In this document: positions 29,109 to 37,888 of the stretch, in pieces | Layout of the letters: each line of letters begins with the position of its first letter | How positions within the stretch are numbered: the first letter of the stretch is position 1 | DNA from: a virus | Lineage: Duplodnaviria > Heunggongvirae > Uroviricota > Caudoviricetes | IMG/VR virus record: IMGVR_UViG_2706794681_000009 | Reading direction: 5' to 3' (one strand) | DNA: 38,759 nt | Notes under the pieces: model-generated | The model's input: only the letters and a program-made list of their open reading frames with translations | What the model was told of the DNA's origin: nothing | Databases searched by the model: none | Made by a program: the position numbers and the translations under genes

Positions 29109-29178
29109 ACCCGCCTCCGGTCATCATTACACAGGGCAAGTTTAAAATAAAAATCCCGCGCTGTGGCGGGATTTGGGG

Positions 29179-29691
29179 TTAACGGGGGAATGATTTTTCA
29201 TACAGCCTGCAAACACGCTCATAACTCATCACTGCACGTTCCGACATATCCAGGGCTGCCAGCATTTTGCGGCGGTGCCAGCGTTTGAGACGCTCCAGCA
29301 CATCAGAGGCCAGCGCGGGTTGTTGCTCCAGCCACTGCCAGTTAGCCACACCTTCGCCGTCGTTCTGCGCGGCCGTCTGCGATTTCACCCAGCGGTTAAG
29401 GGCCGTTTCCCCGCCATCAGAGATAAATCCCTGCCGGTGCATCACTTTCCAGATGGCGCGAATTTTGGCGGTCACCGTACCCGGTTTTAAGGCCCGGTTA
29501 ACCGGCTTCTGACGCACTTTAAAACCGCGTTTTTTGAAAACATCCAGCACGCGGGATAACTCACCGGGTGACATATCACGGCAACTGGATTTGCCGGTGG
29601 CTGCCAGCAGCGCGGATGTATAGGTATCATGGTCAAGCTGTAGATCGCGTTTTGCGACATGTATTAAGGTAATCAGGGAAGCGCGATTCAT
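29179..29691 (-). CDS. GemA/gp16-like protein
   Basis: 170 aa; position before Mor/C gene. Confidence 0.55.
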   Translation of the reverse strand: MNRASLITLIHVAKRDLQLDHDTYTSALLAATGKSSCRDMSPGELSRVLDVFKKRGFKVRQKPVNRALKPGTVTAKIRAIWKVMHRQGFISDGGETALNRWVKSQTAAQNDGEGVANWQWLEQQPALASDVLERLKRWHRRKMLAALDMSERAVMSYERVCRLYEKSFPR

Positions 29692-29706
29692 TATCGTGGC
29701 TCCATA

Positions 29707-29735
29707 AAAAATGGGCGGTGTTACCGCACCGCCAT
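29707..29735 (-). terminator. Hairpin plus T-run on the minus strand upstream of gemA
   Basis: GGCGGTG-N6-CACCGCC stem followed by TTTTTTAT on minus strand. Confidence 0.4.
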
Positions 29736-29761
29736 GTCAATTAACATAAAAGGAAAAATCT

Positions 29762-30001
29762 ATGTCAGATATAAAAAATGCACTTGATGTTGCCGCATTC
29801 ACAATGGCTGGAAATCTTATGGTAACCCTGTTCGATAAGGGGCTGATTTCCCGTGAGGAGGCAATACATATTATCAATCTCGCTCAAAAAAACTCTACCC
29901 CGGAAAATGCAGAAGATATCCAGGATGGCTCATATATTAATACCGACTGGCATTTCGACAATCTCCGGGCCTGTATGGGGATTACCGCTGAAAAAGATTA
30001 A
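29762..30001 (+). CDS. Hypothetical 79-aa protein on the strand opposite to the early operon
   Basis: Only long ORF in this 250-bp AT-rich stretch; AAGGA upstream. Confidence 0.35.
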   Translation: MSDIKNALDVAAFTMAGNLMVTLFDKGLISREEAIHIINLAQKNSTPENAEDIQDGSYINTDWHFDNLRACMGITAEKD

Positions 30002-30278
30002 AAATTTTTGCATAATGTTCAGATGTAAGAATTGCTGAACCATCAACACCGAGCCTACGGCGAACGTATTCCTCGCGGGCTATTTTATTATCCAGAGATA
30101 CAGCATCCTTAATCAGGTTAATCTCCCGCTCCATTATCAAAAGGGCTTCTCTGGCTGCAAGATTTTCTTTTATCGCATATTCGATAATGTCCCGCATACG
30201 TTCAAGCATGCCGATTTTAGCCAGTTCTTCGTCGATAGATTTAGGCGCAAATTTGATTTCTTTTTCCATATTATTCAT
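29982..30278 (-). CDS. Hypothetical coiled-coil protein (~98 aa), AT-rich
   Basis: ATG overlapping stop of upstream zinc-ribbon ORF. Confidence 0.45.
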   Translation of the reverse strand: MNNMEKEIKFAPKSIDEELAKIGMLERMRDIIEYAIKENLAAREALLIMEREINLIKDAVSLDNKIAREEYVRRRLGVDGSAILTSEHYAKIFNLFQR

Positions 30279-30414
30279 CCTCACAATTTATACATGCAGT
30301 GTCGTCGCCCATATCGCAGTGGTTACATTTTATCTCACCACAATGTGGGCACTCTTTCAGATACTCCGGGTCCTCATTTCCACAGGTGGGACATTCAACA
30401 ATTTGCTCATCCAT
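30271..30414 (-). CDS. Zinc-ribbon protein, 47 aa, four CxxC pairs
   Basis: CPTCG...CPHCG...CNHC...CINC; translationally coupled to flanking genes. Confidence 0.4.
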   Translation of the reverse strand: MDEQIVECPTCGNEDPEYLKECPHCGEIKCNHCDMGDDTACINCEDE

Positions 30415-30739
30415 TATGTATCCCCTGTAATTCCGGCAAGGCCGAAAGATGGCACCAGTGCGTCACCTGTCCGTCCTCATCTTCAAGGCAGGCTCCGGTT
30501 TCTTCATCAATAAAAAAGCCTTCATACCCCATATGGCCGATGCGCAGTTCCTGTTGGTCACCATACTGAACAATCAGCACGACAGCCTCCATATCAGGCG
30601 GAAATGCGTCATCCAGTGAATGCCAGGGATAACCGCGCAAATCCCCGAAATAAACGCCGGTCAGCGTTCCGCCACAGAGCGGCATTCCGGCGGCACACAC
30701 AAGAGGTTCATCTGATTCAACAAATAAGGTCGTTATCAT
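30407..30739 (-). CDS. Hypothetical protein, 110 aa
   Basis: ORF in early operon, coupled starts/stops. Confidence 0.4.
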   Translation of the reverse strand: MITTLFVESDEPLVCAAGMPLCGGTLTGVYFGDLRGYPWHSLDDAFPPDMEAVVLIVQYGDQQELRIGHMGYEGFFIDEETGACLEDEDGQVTHWCHLSALPELQGIHNG

Positions 30740-31287
30740 GGCGTTAACTCCCGTAATACAGCGTCCTCGGCAGTCCGGCGACGGTAATAAACTGCGTGAG
30801 CAGAATGTTCAGATATTCCAAACTTTTCGCCAATTTCCCGGAATGACAGACGGCGTGGGTAATCGGAATCACGCAGCTCACGTATAAGACGTACATCATC
30901 ATCAGATATGCGCGTGCCGGGGCGTAACTCTCCGCACTTTGTTAATCCAGCACCAATCATTCCTGCCCGACATCTGACAGAATCTTTATTACGTCCGAGA
31001 TATTCTCCCATTTGCTGGCAGGTCATTGTTCTGGCATTTTTTCGAATAAACTTATCTTCATCAGGTGTAAATCTTGGGTGTTTATATTTCAGTAACTCCG
31101 GGTATGAACTGCGCAATACACCAGTCCGGTTATATACAGCCCAGACAGTTCTTTTTATTCTGGCAGCAATATCCTTAACCGGGGTGGATGAATAAAGCGC
31201 AATCAGCAGCGCATCTTCTTCAGGTGTCCACGGACGGACATGAGCGGGGGCGCGACCTTTTAGTCCCATGGGTTGTAATTTCATCAT
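30736..31287 (-). CDS. Hypothetical DNA-binding protein with three tandem HTH-like repeats
   Basis: Repeats WTPEEDALLIALY..., FTPDEDKFIRKN..., ISDDDVRLIRELRD... Confidence 0.45.
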   Translation of the reverse strand: MMKLQPMGLKGRAPAHVRPWTPEEDALLIALYSSTPVKDIAARIKRTVWAVYNRTGVLRSSYPELLKYKHPRFTPDEDKFIRKNARTMTCQQMGEYLGRNKDSVRCRAGMIGAGLTKCGELRPGTRISDDDVRLIRELRDSDYPRRLSFREIGEKFGISEHSAHAVYYRRRTAEDAVLRELTP

Positions 31288-31290
31288 GCA

Positions 31291-31806
31291 TCACCCCCTG
31301 ACTCGCTTTTCAGCAGCATAAAACTCATCAGACAGTATTTCGGTCATTTTCTGTTTTGCGGGTTTTACGCCGCACTGAAGGTAAATCACATCGTCAACGC
31401 AGAACCACTTCACAGGGCCAAACAGGATTGCCGAGAAATCAATACCCAACCAGAACAACAGCGCATCGGTTCTGGCATACGTGACGGGCGAATATTCACG
31501 CCACAGACTGTTCAGTTCATCAGAGGCAACACGCAGGGTTTTAGGGATACGTGATGTGCGCGGTGTGCAGCTCCAGCCATTCGACGCAGTCGGTTTTCGC
31601 CATAAGTCGCGATGAAAAGGATATTTGTCCTCCGTAAAACGCAGTCCCTTAAAGTAAAATCCACTGATACCGGATACAAATACCGACCGGCACGCAACAT
31701 TCAGCACGGCCTCAAGGCGTTTTGCCTCATCCTTAACTTTCTGGCAGTCCTGCTGGTATTTTTGCCACGCAGCCAGCGCGGAAGGGTTTGATGTTTTAAA
31801 GAACAT
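31291..31806 (-). CDS. Hypothetical protein, 171 aa
   Basis: ORF in early operon. Confidence 0.4.
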   Translation of the reverse strand: MFFKTSNPSALAAWQKYQQDCQKVKDEAKRLEAVLNVACRSVFVSGISGFYFKGLRFTEDKYPFHRDLWRKPTASNGWSCTPRTSRIPKTLRVASDELNSLWREYSPVTYARTDALLFWLGIDFSAILFGPVKWFCVDDVIYLQCGVKPAKQKMTEILSDEFYAAEKRVRG

Positions 31807-32339
31807 TACGCCACCTCCGCAGATATCCCGGCAGGCGCTGCTGTCCGGTCAACAATCAGGTAGCGCAGAACATGTTCAGTGATATTCCAGCCGCTTAAAC
31901 CGCAGATAATGACGCCCAGGCGTATGTCGATATACGCCATCACAAACTGGGGCACGCCTTCTTTCATGGCCTGCTCATCAACTTCAGCCACCACATAAAC
32001 GGTTTCACAGGTCAGAACGCCCTGAGCAAATTCCCACGCCATCGACGGAATATCATGCCCCTCAATCCATGGCAGGGATTTTCTGAAGCCGCACCACTGA
32101 ACATCATCAGCCGCAGATTCCTGGCTGCATTTGCGACGAACCGGCTGCACCGGGCGGGGACGCGGAATATCATAAAAACCGTTACATTCCGTCAGCACGC
32201 CTGCATCAACCGCATCACGCAGAAAATAAACCATGGAGGATGGCGGCATATTCATTTTTTCAGCCAGTACACCGCAGGTCAGGCGGCCATAAATACACAG
32301 CCAGTTTTTAACCCCTTCAAGCACTTTTGCATCAATCAT
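31806..32339 (-). CDS. Hypothetical protein, 177 aa, N-terminal wHTH-like
   Basis: ORF in early operon. Confidence 0.4.
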   Translation of the reverse strand: MIDAKVLEGVKNWLCIYGRLTCGVLAEKMNMPPSSMVYFLRDAVDAGVLTECNGFYDIPRPRPVQPVRRKCSQESAADDVQWCGFRKSLPWIEGHDIPSMAWEFAQGVLTCETVYVVAEVDEQAMKEGVPQFVMAYIDIRLGVIICGLSGWNITEHVLRYLIVDRTAAPAGISAEVA

Positions 32340-32484
32340 GATTTATTTCCCCACCACATTATTAATGACGATATAAACGTATTTCATATTTCTTAACCCT
32401 TATTTTCTGTTTTCAGGCGCAAGCAGTCCCCTGACGCGAGCGCCATAATTAAAATGAAGTGATATTTAATTGATTAATGCGGTG

Positions 32485-33015
32485 TTATTTATTCAGTCCG
32501 GCGTCCTGTTCAAAAGGCTCGACATAAAAACTTTCAGCGCCTTTATTCACCTTGATACCGGCAATGCCTTTCACAGCATCCGGCTCCGCCAGGACGGCTT
32601 CCTTGTTCACTTCCTCTTTCGTGCGGATGAAACGCTCAAGCCCCATACGGCGCAGCATTTCAATCACACCTTCCACATCACGGCTGACGCTGCATGATGG
32701 CGTTCCCAGCCGCCATGACACCGTTCCGGTGGTCAGATTGGCTGTTTTGGTTTTGCCGCCGTTCGTCAGCTCATCACGGTTGGTTTTGCACCAGTCCTGA
32801 ATCCCTTTAAAAAGCACTTTGATTTGCTTTTTAAGATTTTCAATCTGCGGCGTATAACGGGCGGTGATTTCTGCCACTTCGTCATTCATCGCCGTTTCCA
32901 GGCGCAGCGCCTCTCGCTGAATATCTCCCAGGGTGCGGATATCACGGCTGACTTCTTCCCGGGTCTGCGGTGCCGCCTCGGCTGCGGCCTTTAATTTTGT
33001 AACGCGTTTAGCCAT
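32485..33015 (-). CDS. gam: Gam host-nuclease inhibitor (DNA-end binding)
   Basis: 176 aa; ...LETAMNDEVAEITARY... and ...NRDELTNGGKTKTANLTTGTVSWR...FIRTKEEVNKEAVL... closely resemble Mu Gam. Confidence 0.85.
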   Translation of the reverse strand: MAKRVTKLKAAAEAAPQTREEVSRDIRTLGDIQREALRLETAMNDEVAEITARYTPQIENLKKQIKVLFKGIQDWCKTNRDELTNGGKTKTANLTTGTVSWRLGTPSCSVSRDVEGVIEMLRRMGLERFIRTKEEVNKEAVLAEPDAVKGIAGIKVNKGAESFYVEPFEQDAGLNK

Positions 33016-33026
33016 TTTGTTTTTCC

Positions 33027-33320
33027 TTATTGCAGTGTGCCTGATGCTTTATGCACGCGGTGGCGTTTAATGATGGCATCCGCTCCAAAAGACTGTGCAG
33101 ATGCCTGAAATTCCGCTGAGAGAAACTGAATAATTGCAGGACTGTGATACTGGAGAATACTTGCATAAACGTCACAGAGTGACGTCGGCCTGTTATCCGT
33201 ATCACGTTCTGTTTTCACATCCACTCCAATCTTTTCATGCACTTCAACACAGTCATTGCCTGCCAACTTTTCGTCATGCGAAACATGATTAAATTCAAAA
33301 ATAACGCGTACTTTGCTCAT
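33027..33320 (-). CDS. Small early protein, paralogue 2 (MSKVRVIFEF...)
   Basis: AGGGG RBS; shares N-terminal motif with upstream gene. Confidence 0.45.
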   Translation of the reverse strand: MSKVRVIFEFNHVSHDEKLAGNDCVEVHEKIGVDVKTERDTDNRPTSLCDVYASILQYHSPAIIQFLSAEFQASAQSFGADAIIKRHRVHKASGTLQ

Positions 33321-33324
33321 GGAA

Positions 33325-33597
33325 TTACCCCTGTTGATTAAATTCATTACCGTTAATAACCCCGGAAGCCATGCCTCTGTCTTTCATGAATGCACTGGCT
33401 TTCATTGCCACAAACTCTGCGAAGTTTCTGCTTTCTGCCAGCATAACCACCCCAAAAATCATGGCGGGTCCATTATCTTTCTTCTTTATTCCGGTTGAAC
33501 GTATATCCAGACTTACCCCTCTGTGCGTGCTGCCATCAGAGTTTTTGCAGATAACATCTTCCTTGTATTCGAAAATAATGCGTACGACTTTACTCAT
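33325..33597 (-). CDS. Small early protein, paralogue 1 (MSKVVRIIFEY...)
   Basis: 90 aa; tandem with paralogue 2. Confidence 0.45.
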   Translation of the reverse strand: MSKVVRIIFEYKEDVICKNSDGSTHRGVSLDIRSTGIKKKDNGPAMIFGVVMLAESRNFAEFVAMKASAFMKDRGMASGVINGNEFNQQG

Positions 33598-33875
33598 CCT
33601 CTGGTCCTCGTTCTGTTTGGATAACTGACCCGGCGTCTAACCTCACGGCAGAACCGAATCATGGCATTAAAGGCTTCTTCCTCCGTCACCGCTTCCGGTA
33701 TCCCCGGAACCAGTAACTGCTCCTGTTCATCACGTCCATGACGCGCCATAACCTCAATCACATGCCGTACCGTGGCAGGCTTTCCGGCAACTATCGGCAA
33801 TGCACCTTCCGGCAGGACGTAACCAAACTCAATAAGACCACTCGACCACGCCCATGCAATGAGATTTTTTTTCAC
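33594..33875 (-). CDS. Hypothetical early protein, 93 aa
   Basis: ORF in early operon. Confidence 0.4.
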   Translation of the reverse strand: MKKNLIAWAWSSGLIEFGYVLPEGALPIVAGKPATVRHVIEVMARHGRDEQEQLLVPGIPEAVTEEEAFNAMIRFCREVRRRVSYPNRTRTRG

Positions 33876-33876
33876 C

Positions 33877-34143
33877 TCACACCTCCCAGTAAACCGTGCA
33901 GCCGCTGATGCGGGTGGCCTTCACACGGCGGCGCAGGCCGTTGGTCTGTATGGTGATTTCAATTTCACCGGTTCCCTGCACGTTGCCTACCGGCGGCGTG
34001 GTTTTCAGTGCAAAACGTTGCGGATAGCGCTTACTGCGTTCCAGTACCGCACCGGCAAGTTCGGTCAGACGGCGCGCGCTGTTCAGGGAGTCGAATAAAT
34101 TCATTTTGTTACCGCAGGATTGCATATTCATATAACACCTCAT
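33877..34143 (-). CDS. Hypothetical early protein, 88 aa
   Basis: ORF in early operon. Confidence 0.35.
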   Translation of the reverse strand: MRCYMNMQSCGNKMNLFDSLNSARRLTELAGAVLERSKRYPQRFALKTTPPVGNVQGTGEIEITIQTNGLRRRVKATRISGCTVYWEV

Positions 34144-34371
34144 TTAGCTGACTTGTTTCGCACCAACAGAACGGCATATTCCGCTGTAAACTTCTGTCGC
34201 ACCTTCGCGATCAAGTCCGGCAGATATCACCATTCGTGTGCGGTCATTAAATTCAAAAAGTAAATCGCCACATTCTTTATTTTCGGCCAGTGAAATCACC
34301 TTCACGTTATCGAAATTAACCAGGTAAAAGCGTCCGTAAATATCAGGAATATTAAATACCGCCATAATCAC
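34144..34371 (-). CDS. Hypothetical early protein, 75 aa
   Basis: ORF directly downstream of B. Confidence 0.35.
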   Translation of the reverse strand: MIMAVFNIPDIYGRFYLVNFDNVKVISLAENKECGDLLFEFNDRTRMVISAGLDREGATEVYSGICRSVGAKQVS

Positions 34372-35309
34372 ACCTGTGAGAGTAATTCAGGGTTGGTATA
34401 AACCTCTTTAAAGGCCGCATTAATATGTTTTTCTGTCAGCGCCGCGCCTTCACCGCTGGCGGTGAGCCACGCCTGGTTAAGCGTATGTGTCAGAACGCGT
34501 AACGCTCCCGGCTTTTCAGCGATAGCCTGCATGACGGCCAGCTCGGCCTCACCACTGATCCCCCACGCCATGGCAATGGCCAGCACATCCGCCTTTTTGG
34601 CCTTGCGAAGTTGTTTTGTACGGGCAAGACGGCTGAACAGGCGCGATAAATCATCAAAGGCGCGGCGTCCACCTTTAAACAATCCGCGCGGGTTACCAAT
34701 AAGCACCATCCCGATCCCCGTGGCGTCCTGAATTGCCCGGAGTTGCTCCAGACCGTCAATACCAAGATGATCCGCCTCATCCACAATCACCAGTCCACGC
34801 GTTCCCATCAGGCGACGGCGGATGGCGCGGGATAATGCCCCTTTGTTCGCGCGGGTGTAATCAATCCCCAGCGCATCGGCCAGCTCCAGCAGACACTCCG
34901 TGACGCTGGAGTGCGCGGGTGACAGGGTGATCATCCAGGTGTTTGGTTGCTCCTGGCAGTAATTACGGGCAGTGGCCGTTTTACCCACACCCGGTACGCC
35001 CACAATAACGTTAATACAGCCCATCAGGCGAACCGCCTGAAACAGTGCGCGCAGCTCCTGGACTGTCTGAGTTTCCACAAACTGCGGCGGTTCCGGCAGT
35101 GCGCTTTGTTTATTCCAGTTCTCATACCAGGAGCGCAGGGAAGCAGCCACAGCAGCGTTATCGCCTTTATATTTTCCCTTACGGAAAGCCGATAATGTGC
35201 CGTCGGAAATTCCCGCCTCTCTGGCGATGGCATACTGCGTCAGTACGCCGCCATCAATAAGTTCATCAATGGTCTTGATTACATCGTTAATATCGGTCAT
35301 ATTATTCAC
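34368..35309 (-). CDS. B: MuB-like AAA+ ATPase, transposition target-DNA activator
   Basis: 313 aa; N-terminal HTH, Walker A GVPGVGKT, Walker B LVIVDEAD. Confidence 0.85.
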   Translation of the reverse strand: MNNMTDINDVIKTIDELIDGGVLTQYAIAREAGISDGTLSAFRKGKYKGDNAAVAASLRSWYENWNKQSALPEPPQFVETQTVQELRALFQAVRLMGCINVIVGVPGVGKTATARNYCQEQPNTWMITLSPAHSSVTECLLELADALGIDYTRANKGALSRAIRRRLMGTRGLVIVDEADHLGIDGLEQLRAIQDATGIGMVLIGNPRGLFKGGRRAFDDLSRLFSRLARTKQLRKAKKADVLAIAMAWGISGEAELAVMQAIAEKPGALRVLTHTLNQAWLTASGEGAALTEKHINAAFKEVYTNPELLSQV

Positions 35310-35349
35310 CTCGCTTGAGACAGCATTCTCCGAGACTGAAACCTCAAAT

Positions 35350-35380
35350 AACCTGAGTCACCCCTCGGGTTATTTTTTTA
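35350..35380 (+). terminator. Hairpin followed by T7 run in the A-B intergenic region, oriented on plus strand
   Basis: AACCTGAG-N6-CTCGGGTT stem then ATTTTTTTA. Confidence 0.35.
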
Positions 35381-35382
35381 TT

Positions 35383-37470
35383 TCAGGCCAGCGGATCACT
35401 TTCTTTTAATTTCGCTTCGAGCAGTTGCAATCCCCGCTGGAAATTACGCTCGTATTCTTCATCAGGTTCATCGTCAGCGACCGGTTGCTGAACGGTCACC
35501 GTATTACCCACAGGGCGGTATATGTTTTCCAGCCAGGGCTCCTGCGGCTTGTGCTCCAGCACGTTGACAACCTCATCCTCGGCATCACGGATTTTTTCCT
35601 CTGCGCGTTTACGCATGCCTTTAAGGCGCTGCTGCTGTTTGTAGTATTCCGCGCTGACAGGGAAGGCTTCGCGTTTATTGCCGTCCCATACCGCCTCGCA
35701 AATCACGCTGCCATCCGGGCGGCGCACGGTAATTCGTTCGGCATCATGAATGTCATAGCTGATAAGTACCTTACGGCCATGCTCGTCACGCAGCTCGGGC
35801 GCGTAGTAAATATTATTCAGCCAGCGTATTTCACAGCGTCTTACAGGGCGCTCCACCATCGGCCGGAACATATCCCGCAGTTCAACATCGGACAGCCATT
35901 CAATTTCCGTGTCCTCTTCCGCCAGGCGTTTTTTTCTGAACTCCGCCGGGCTGTAATGTTTACCGTTCGGCTTCATGGGTAATTCATCGTGCGGCCGGTT
36001 GTTGTACCACTCAACACCGTCACGAATGGCATCAATCAGTTCAGACCAGGACGGTAAATCACGCATCGCTGACTGCTGCCGGGCGTTCAGCCGTTTGCCC
36101 TGTTGCAGGGCACTGAATGCCGAGCGTAAATCGCGGTTGGTTTTACGTAACGTCTCGCGATCTGCTCCTTTCCCGAAATAGGTGCGGTATTTACGGGCTA
36201 TGCGCATCGGTAATGTGCGGTTAAGCCGTTCGATAATGCCCCGTCCCTGCGGATTACCGGCAATCCCTGTCGGGTGATTAATCCCCAGTCGTGGCAGTAT
36301 CCCCACAATCTCCTTATCCAGGACGTCGGCGGTTTCCCCGGAGCCATTATCCGAGTAATACAGAAACGGTTTGCCATGATGGCGAATACCGTGCTGTATG
36401 GCACCGGCTACGGCGAAAACATTTTCAGCCAGGTCAAGGCTCCAGCCCACCACAAAGCGCGTGCCACCGTCGATAACAAAGGTCACTTCCGGTGCGAATG
36501 GCCGCCCGTGAACCGGGTGCGCGCATTTCAGCTTCATGCCGTGACCGTCACCAATCCAGACATAATTCACCGGCATTCTGGACCAGTCGCGGCGCGTGAA
36601 TCCCTCAAGCTGACGGTATTCACTGCCAGTTACCCGGCCTTTTTGTTTCACCACTTCCGGCAGTTTCTTCATTGCGCGGCGAATGGTGTCATAAGAGGGC
36701 ATGATATCGAGCATATAAGGCTCATCAGCGTGCCGGTGCTGCCATTCAGCAACAAAATCCTCGTAAGCCTCGGTCATTGGTCGGCCGTTTGACTGGCGAT
36801 ACTGCGCCAGAAATTCGGGCAGCCAGTTAATATCTTCGGCTTTTATTTCCTGGCGTTTACCCGGTGCCAGTAAAAGCAGGCGTTCAGCGGCGTTCTGTGC
36901 CTTGTTAAAGGCCGCAATCCAGCGTTTCAGCGTGATTTCACTCAACGCGCGGCTGTTTCCCTTTTTGGCGTTCGCCGTCTCAACCATTGCCACAATGCGC
37001 TCGTCCAGTTGTGATCGTGCCAGGCTGTTAACGAGGAACCGGATAGCTTTAGCGCAGCTGAAACCGGGTTGTTGCGTGAATTTCAGCACCTCACTGACGA
37101 TCGCAATGCGTGCGTCTGCCACCTGGCGCTGGTTTTCAGTCAGGGCATTGAGGCGTTCGACCATCAGTTGTGGTGATCCGCGATATGCCTCCACCGCATC
37201 AACCACGGCAGACGAGCGTCTGGCCTTTGTCACCACCGGAGCCGGTGATTCATCGGCTTTTTGCGTCATCAGTTGCAGGGCATAACGTTCGCGTAATGCC
37301 TGCTGTGTCACTTCAGGTAAACAGTCAATGCTGTATTCAAAACCTTTAGCGCCTTTCTTGCGGCGTCTGCTGGTTTCGCTGGTTGCATACTTCCTGATTG
37401 AATAGCGAACGCCTTGCTCCGTTCCCGGCATCCCCGGTAATCCAACCAGTTCTTTAACTGAAGCAAACAT
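35383..37470 (-). CDS. A: MuA-like DDE transposase
   Basis: 695 aa; N-terminal DNA-binding region and central DDE core; position between ner and B. Confidence 0.9.
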   Translation of the reverse strand: MFASVKELVGLPGMPGTEQGVRYSIRKYATSETSRRRKKGAKGFEYSIDCLPEVTQQALRERYALQLMTQKADESPAPVVTKARRSSAVVDAVEAYRGSPQLMVERLNALTENQRQVADARIAIVSEVLKFTQQPGFSCAKAIRFLVNSLARSQLDERIVAMVETANAKKGNSRALSEITLKRWIAAFNKAQNAAERLLLLAPGKRQEIKAEDINWLPEFLAQYRQSNGRPMTEAYEDFVAEWQHRHADEPYMLDIMPSYDTIRRAMKKLPEVVKQKGRVTGSEYRQLEGFTRRDWSRMPVNYVWIGDGHGMKLKCAHPVHGRPFAPEVTFVIDGGTRFVVGWSLDLAENVFAVAGAIQHGIRHHGKPFLYYSDNGSGETADVLDKEIVGILPRLGINHPTGIAGNPQGRGIIERLNRTLPMRIARKYRTYFGKGADRETLRKTNRDLRSAFSALQQGKRLNARQQSAMRDLPSWSELIDAIRDGVEWYNNRPHDELPMKPNGKHYSPAEFRKKRLAEEDTEIEWLSDVELRDMFRPMVERPVRRCEIRWLNNIYYAPELRDEHGRKVLISYDIHDAERITVRRPDGSVICEAVWDGNKREAFPVSAEYYKQQQRLKGMRKRAEEKIRDAEDEVVNVLEHKPQEPWLENIYRPVGNTVTVQQPVADDEPDEEYERNFQRGLQLLEAKLKESDPLA

Positions 37471-37472
37471 AA

Positions 37473-37703
37473 TTACGCGACCTTACGAATGTAGCGGCTG
37501 GGCCAAATCTCCTCGGGCGGCACCCCCAGGCATTCCGCGATAATCCCCTCATACTTGGGAACATGGCGGTATACCGCGTTGTACAGATTGTTCTGACCCA
37601 CGCCAGCTTTACGGGCCAGCGCCCTCATGCTTCCTTCTCTGGCTCTGACTTCCCCCAAAATTCTTTGAGGATGCCAATCAGGCTTAACTTCATTTCTCGC
37701 CAT
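37473..37703 (-). CDS. ner: Ner-like DNA-binding regulator
   Basis: 76 aa; ...EIWPSRY... C-terminus as in Mu Ner; divergent from repressor. Confidence 0.8.
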   Translation of the reverse strand: MARNEVKPDWHPQRILGEVRAREGSMRALARKAGVGQNNLYNAVYRHVPKYEGIIAECLGVPPEEIWPSRYIRKVA

Positions 37704-37888
37704 GATTCATCTATCCTAAAAAGTTACGAAATTTGATAACTAAACTTAGTTATCAAGTTTGATATAAGTATTGATCCACTTCTGCTTCATGTAAAGCAAA
37801 AAAAACATCTTTCTTTTGTCTATTGTGGATCAATGGTTGCTGACAACACTAAAAGTTAATAATTTCAAATTGATAGGAAGAAAAGAAA
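37704..37888. promoter_or_regulatory. Early operator/promoter region between ner and c
   Basis: Perfect palindrome TGATAACTAA-AC-TTAGTTATCA (37734-37755); inverted repeats ATTGATCCAC (37770-37779) and GTGGATCAAT (37825-37834); repeated TTTGATA motifs. Confidence 0.6.
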
